From Balanoglossus misakiensis (Eukaryota > Animalia > Hemichordata), in NCBI GenBank assembly GCA_040954595.2, contig JBECUI020000034.1, positions 62,001-126,000 of the forward strand: a stretch of DNA of 64,000 bases, written 5' to 3'. Shown here piece by piece: positions 59,405 to 64,000 of the stretch. Under the pieces are notes generated by a model that saw nothing but the letters and a program-made list of their open reading frames with translations, had not been told where the DNA came from and did not search any database. The number at the start of each line of letters is the position of its first letter. Position 1 is the stretch's first letter. Made by a program: the position numbers and the translations under genes.

Positions 59405-61198
59405 ATGCGCATTCCCGAAGAGGTTATAAGAGAAATTATAAGCAGGGTAAATATTGTAGACTTGGTCGGACGATACGTCACATTAAAACAGCGCGGAAAC
59501 AGGTATTGGGGGCTTAGTCCATTCAAAAGCGAGAAGACTCCCTCCTTTACTGTATCACCGGAGAAGGGGGTATATTACTGTTTTAGTACACAAAAAGGTG
59601 GAAATGCAATTAGCTTTGTTCAGGAAGTTGAAAACCTTCAGTTTCGTGAGGCAATTATTTTTCTTGCAGAGATAGTTGGCATGTCCGATTTACTCAAAGA
59701 AGGTAAAACTGATAGAACATATTATACCCGAAAAGAAATTTTATCTCGCTTAACGGTTTCTTTTGCACACATTCTCTTAAATGATGCTCGTGCAGAGGGT
59801 GCGCGGAACTATCTTCAGAGGCGAGGCATTACTGAGGAATCGATACGGTCTTTTTCTCTTGGCTTTGTTCTTAACAGTGCAGGGTGGGTGTATAACAAAC
59901 TTCGCAAACATAGTTATTCGGATGATATTATTATGAGTACCGGTCTGTTCTCCGATAACAAGAACTTCTTGTTTACCGGGCGTATTATGTTTCCAATTTT
60001 TTCGGTGCAGAATGAAGTTATTGCTTTTGGCGGTCGTATTATAGGCGGGAATGCCCCAAAATACATTAATTCTCGTGATACGGATTTATTTTCAAAAAGA
60101 CGAATCTTGTACGGACTGTTACAGGCAATACCTGCAATTCGTAAGCAGAAGTTTGTGTACATAGTCGAAGGCTATTTAGATGTTCTTGCCATGCATCAAG
60201 CGGGATATCCCGAAACAGTAGCAACACTGGGAACTGCATTGAGCATTGAGCATCTTAAGTTGCTACGGAGGTATACAAATAATATCATTTTTGTATATGA
60301 TAATGATGAATCAGGGAGGAATGCAGTTCTACGCTCTGCAATGTTAGCAGAAGAGATTGAATTACCGGCGTCTGTTGTTACTCTTCCATCTGGGAGTGAT
60401 CCTGCTGATTTAATTATATCTGGGAAAGGTGATGTTTTAGATTCCTGTTTGCAAAAACAGGAGCATGTATTTCAGTTCATTCTTTTGCATTATCGGCAGA
60501 CATACGGAGATGAGCCGCGAACATTAAAGGCATTTGCTAATAAGGTTTTTGAGTATATTGAGCATGTCCCATCAGAAATCGGACGAGAAAGTTATATACT
60601 GCAATTTGCAGATGAATTTTCTTTAGATAGGCATATTGTAACAACTGATTTTCAACGGTATAATAAATCTCGGCGTCAGAGTATTCAGAGGGAAGTCCAT
60701 AGTACGGAACAAGCATCTTATGATTCAAAAAAAAGCATCGAACTTGTACTTATGGTTGTACTATTTCGCAGACCCGATTTATTTGCCAAGTATCGAAGTA
60801 AAATTTTGCTAGATGATATGACTGATAAACAGGCACGGGAATTATATTGTTTGATGGAAGATAGCTTTCGTTCCGGTGATCTTGATAATCCAAACTGGAA
60901 TGTATTGCATATAATTCAGAATGAACAGTTGCGTAATTATATTGTTGAGTCTTTGAGCAGTGATGAATTTAACAATGAAGAGGATCTCATTGAAGAGTCT
61001 CTTGTTCGCTTGTTGACACGAAAGTATAAGACTGATCAGAGACATATAGAACGGAAGATACGTAAGTTAGAACAAGACGGCAATATGAGCACTATGGAAA
61101 GACGAGAACTTCTTGCAGAAAAGCAGCATATTGACAAAAAAATTAAAGAGTTAGGTGCCAAGCCAGGTGCCCGAGTTACTGGAGGAAATAGCGAGTGA
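59405..61198 (+). CDS. dnaG: DNA primase
   Basis: EKTPSF, RIMFPI, AFGGR, PKYINS, VEGYLDV, ATLGTA, YDNDESG (TOPRIM), DPAD. Confidence 0.96.
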   Translation: MRIPEEVIREIISRVNIVDLVGRYVTLKQRGNRYWGLSPFKSEKTPSFTVSPEKGVYYCFSTQKGGNAISFVQEVENLQFREAIIFLAEIVGMSDLLKEGKTDRTYYTRKEILSRLTVSFAHILLNDARAEGARNYLQRRGITEESIRSFSLGFVLNSAGWVYNKLRKHSYSDDIIMSTGLFSDNKNFLFTGRIMFPIFSVQNEVIAFGGRIIGGNAPKYINSRDTDLFSKRRILYGLLQAIPAIRKQKFVYIVEGYLDVLAMHQAGYPETVATLGTALSIEHLKLLRRYTNNIIFVYDNDESGRNAVLRSAMLAEEIELPASVVTLPSGSDPADLIISGKGDVLDSCLQKQEHVFQFILLHYRQTYGDEPRTLKAFANKVFEYIEHVPSEIGRESYILQFADEFSLDRHIVTTDFQRYNKSRRQSIQREVHSTEQASYDSKKSIELVLMVVLFRRPDLFAKYRSKILLDDMTDKQARELYCLMEDSFRSGDLDNPNWNVLHIIQNEQLRNYIVESLSSDEFNNEEDLIEESLVRLLTRKYKTDQRHIERKIRKLEQDGNMSTMERRELLAEKQHIDKKIKELGAKPGARVTGGNSE

Positions 61199-62691
61199 AA
61201 AATAATCAGAGGGAGACATCAACTGATGATCTCGTTCATTTATATCTAAAAGAAATAGGAAAAGAAGAGCTACTCAATTCGGCACAGGAAGTCAAGCTAT
61301 CCAAGCAAATGGAAGAAGGCGAACGGATCATCACCAGCATTCTTTCAGTATCGGGATTTCTTATTATAGAATTATATGAAATGGTGAGCCGCTTTTCAGA
61401 GGAAAAACATGATGTAAAGGGAGGTGCCCGTACTGCTCTCGGCCGTCCGACGGATCGCCGTCGCATCAATCAGTTCTGTCGATCTATTCAAAACAATTTT
61501 TTTGCAAAGATGGGGGAATATGCGAACTTTGAAAAGGAACTGCTGGTCAGTGCTATTGATTCGATTAAAGACCCGAGAATCCAATCGCTGCGAACGGAAC
61601 TTCTGACCTTACTGAAAGACCTTGATATACATCAGGATGAACTGCGACAACTTTCCGATACTTTTTTGAAAAATGCAAAGACATTAGAGGAAATCAGAGA
61701 ACGAAAAATGCGTCTTTCACGACGATTGCAGATAGATAATCTACAAGAATTACGCAAGTTAGCACGTGCTTTGATTTCTGAGCGAACCCGTAGAGAAACC
61801 GAAGTGCGACTCAATATGCCTTCTGACCAAATAAAAGAAACAATTCGTCAGTTACAGGTTGACGATAGGCAACGACGTGTGCTTGAATTCCGCTTTGGAG
61901 TGCCTGCTGATCATATTATTGAAGAATCGGCAGTTGTGGCTCGCGGAAGAAATATGATGCAATCTGCTAAAGAACAACTCATTCAAGCTAATTTACGTCT
62001 GGTCGTTAGCATTGCTAAACGATATACTAATAGAGGATTGCATTTTTTCGATTTGGTACAAGAAGGGAACATCGGTTTAATTAAAGCTGTAGAAAAATTT
62101 GAATATCGTAAGGGCTTCAAGTTTTCAACCTATGCGACCTGGTGGATTAGGCAAGCAATAACTCGTTCGATATCGGACCAGGCAAGGACTATACGTATTC
62201 CTGTTCATATGATAGAACAAATAAATAAGATTTCTCGGGAATCACGACAGATGGTGCAGAACCTTGGACGAGAACCGACTGATGAGGAATTGGCACAATA
62301 TCTGGGATGGTCAACGAGTAAGGTAAAAACGGTTAAAAGCGTTGCTAAGGATCCTATTTCGTTGGAAACGGCAGTGGGTGAAGATGAAGATTCCTTATTG
62401 GGCAATTTTATTGAGGATAAAGACGTCAAAAGCCCTGCTCAGGAAACGACGTTTGCAATGTTTCAAGAGCATATGCGTTCGGTATTATCTACATTGCCGA
62501 TACGTGAGCAGGAAGTTTTACAGAAACGCTTTGGGCTTGAAGATGGATATTCGCTAACACTTGAGGAAGTTGGGTTGCAATTTGATGTAACACGTGAGAG
62601 AATTCGGCAGATTGAGTCAAAGGCGCTACGACGCTTACGCCATCCAAGAAAAAGCAAGCCAATGCGTGATTATCTTGGTGATGGAAAATAG
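61195..62691 (+). CDS. rpoD: Primary sigma factor RpoD (no region 1.1)
   Basis: [66 protein letters not shown]; downstream of dnaG. Confidence 0.96.
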   Translation: MKNNQRETSTDDLVHLYLKEIGKEELLNSAQEVKLSKQMEEGERIITSILSVSGFLIIELYEMVSRFSEEKHDVKGGARTALGRPTDRRRINQFCRSIQNNFFAKMGEYANFEKELLVSAIDSIKDPRIQSLRTELLTLLKDLDIHQDELRQLSDTFLKNAKTLEEIRERKMRLSRRLQIDNLQELRKLARALISERTRRETEVRLNMPSDQIKETIRQLQVDDRQRRVLEFRFGVPADHIIEESAVVARGRNMMQSAKEQLIQANLRLVVSIAKRYTNRGLHFFDLVQEGNIGLIKAVEKFEYRKGFKFSTYATWWIRQAITRSISDQARTIRIPVHMIEQINKISRESRQMVQNLGREPTDEELAQYLGWSTSKVKTVKSVAKDPISLETAVGEDEDSLLGNFIEDKDVKSPAQETTFAMFQEHMRSVLSTLPIREQEVLQKRFGLEDGYSLTLEEVGLQFDVTRERIRQIESKALRRLRHPRKSKPMRDYLGDGK

Positions 62692-62697
62692 GAGTGA

Positions 62698-63660
62698 ATG
62701 ATGGTACAGGATTTACTGGAACGATTGCTAGTATTACAGGGGCATCTTGAGGAAAAATATGAGTTGGAAAATGAAATTACCAAGCTTCCAACCATACTTC
62801 GGACGAAGGAACAGCTGTTAGAGCGCCTAAGAGCATCTGTAGAGAATATGATTGCTCAGGAAGAGCGGCAGTCTCAAGAATTAACAAGAAATCAGCTTGA
62901 TATTGAACGTCTTGAAGAAGAACGTACAAGGTACGAAACGCAGATTAGTACGATTGCTACACAGCGCGAATATGAGGCCTTGGAAAAAGAAATAAAGAAT
63001 GTTTTTGTCAGCGAACAAAATGCTCGCAAGACCTATAGCAGAATGACTGCCGAATCCAACGAATTGCAGGAACGGCGAAAACAAGAAGATGGGCTTCTTA
63101 AAATTCAGGAAACTGAACTGTTAGGAGAAAAAAAGCGGGTTGTAAAGGAAGAAACTGCGAAAAAGAAAAAGTTGGTGGTTATTGAAAAAAAGATCGACGA
63201 GATATCACAAAATATTGACCAAGGACTGCTATTTAAGTTTCGGCGAATTATTCGCAGCAAGAGCGGGCGCGGCATTGTTCAACTAAAAGGGACAGTATGT
63301 GGCGGGTGTCAGATGGTACTTCCCGAGCAGTTTGTAAACACTGTTCGAATTGGGAATGAAATACTTTTCTGTCCTTACTGCTCTAAAATACTTTTTTATC
63401 AAGAGGATATTGATGAGGAAAAAAGTTGGTTCGGTGATGAAGATGATGCAGTTGAAGGACTGATTGATCTGGTTGAAAGCGAAATTCCCGACGATTTTGA
63501 GTACTACAACACCGACGATGATGACAAAGAAGAAGAAGATGAAGAGTTAGATACTGAGGATAGCGAAGAAGTAAAAGATATAGAATTTGACGATGAGGAG
63601 GATGAATCCTCCATTGATCTTGATGATGAAGATGAAAGTGAAGAAGAATTAGAAGAGTAA
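62698..63660 (+). CDS. Coiled-coil + C4-type zinc ribbon protein (DUF164/FlgZ/CT398-like) with acidic tail
   Basis: REYEALEKEI coiled coil, CGGC..CPYC; conserved position between rpoD and rnpB. Confidence 0.88.
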   Translation: MMVQDLLERLLVLQGHLEEKYELENEITKLPTILRTKEQLLERLRASVENMIAQEERQSQELTRNQLDIERLEEERTRYETQISTIATQREYEALEKEIKNVFVSEQNARKTYSRMTAESNELQERRKQEDGLLKIQETELLGEKKRVVKEETAKKKKLVVIEKKIDEISQNIDQGLLFKFRRIIRSKSGRGIVQLKGTVCGGCQMVLPEQFVNTVRIGNEILFCPYCSKILFYQEDIDEEKSWFGDEDDAVEGLIDLVESEIPDDFEYYNTDDDDKEEEDEELDTEDSEEVKDIEFDDEEDESSIDLDDEDESEEELEE

Positions 63661-63986
63661 AGGGCAGACGATGTTACCGCTGCATTTAGCAGAGGAAAGT
63701 CCGGGCTCCACAGAGCGTGATACCGGGTAATGCCCGGCTACAATTATTGTACGAGATAGTGCCACAGAAAATATACCGCCATTTTTTGGTAAGGGTGAAA
63801 AGGTAAGGTAAGAGCTTACCGGTCAATATGGTAACATTTGATGCAAGGTAAACCTTGTCAGGAGCAAGTTCAAGCAGCAGATTGGTTGCTCGCCATATAT
63901 CTGCGGGTAGAATGCATGAGTGCATCAGAAATGTTGCATCGAGATAAATGGTAACACAAGACAGAACCCGGCTTATTGTTTGCCCT
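63661..63986 (+). ncRNA. rnpB: RNase P RNA (type A)
   Basis: GAGGAAAGTCCGGGC, AGTGCCACAGAAA, GGGTGAAAAGGT.GGTAAGAGC, GGTAAACC, GAGCAAG, ACAGAACCCGGCTTA; terminal helix AGGGCAGAC/GTTTGCCCT. Confidence 0.96.
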
Positions 63987-64000
63987 TCTTTTTTTTTACA

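Noticed and set aside
63686-63925. 79-aa minus-strand ORF
   Set aside because: Antisense shadow of the RNase P RNA gene.
1-64000. CRISPR array, prophage, integrase, transposase or defence island
   Set aside because: No regularly spaced direct repeats and no ORF with recognizable Cas, integrase, transposase or phage motifs; nearly all long ORFs are core genes.

Overview
A gene-dense, mostly housekeeping chromosomal segment (about 42% GC by eye) from a spirochete, probably Spirochaetales. The taxonomic call rests on characteristic gene blocks: rplY-pth-tilS-ftsH, rpsT-hup-bactofilin-cinA-rho-rpmE2, lnt/surE-TPR-NHL, flgF-flgG-flgJ(short)-deacetylase-tsaD, rpmF-acpP-rnc and mltG-dnaG-rpoD-C4 ribbon-rnpB. 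It also rests on a short FlaB-type flagellin and a homodimeric-type GlyRS. The window has about 55 protein genes, six tRNA genes (one truncated by the window edge, none encoding CCA) and the RNase P RNA. I found no CRISPR array, prophage, integrase or IS element. Two stretches (about 12.3-16.0 kb and 47.5-58.3 kb) carry many single-base frameshifts, including in essential genes (cysS, map, flaB); these most likely reflect long-read consensus errors. The most interesting signals are five. (1) An unannotated ~85-nt candidate sRNA at ~36035-36118 (minus strand) with a sigma28-like promoter, an exposed anti-Shine-Dalgarno loop and an intrinsic terminator. (2) Parallel loss of structural Zn-binding cysteines in DnaG, GluRS, GlyRS, L31 and L32. 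(3) A giant barrel + FSPNGDG-repeat + OmpA fusion protein. (4) A Bacteroidetes-like cysS downstream of tRNA-Met. (5) An RpoD lacking region 1.1. All calls come from motif recognition by eye; no searches were run.
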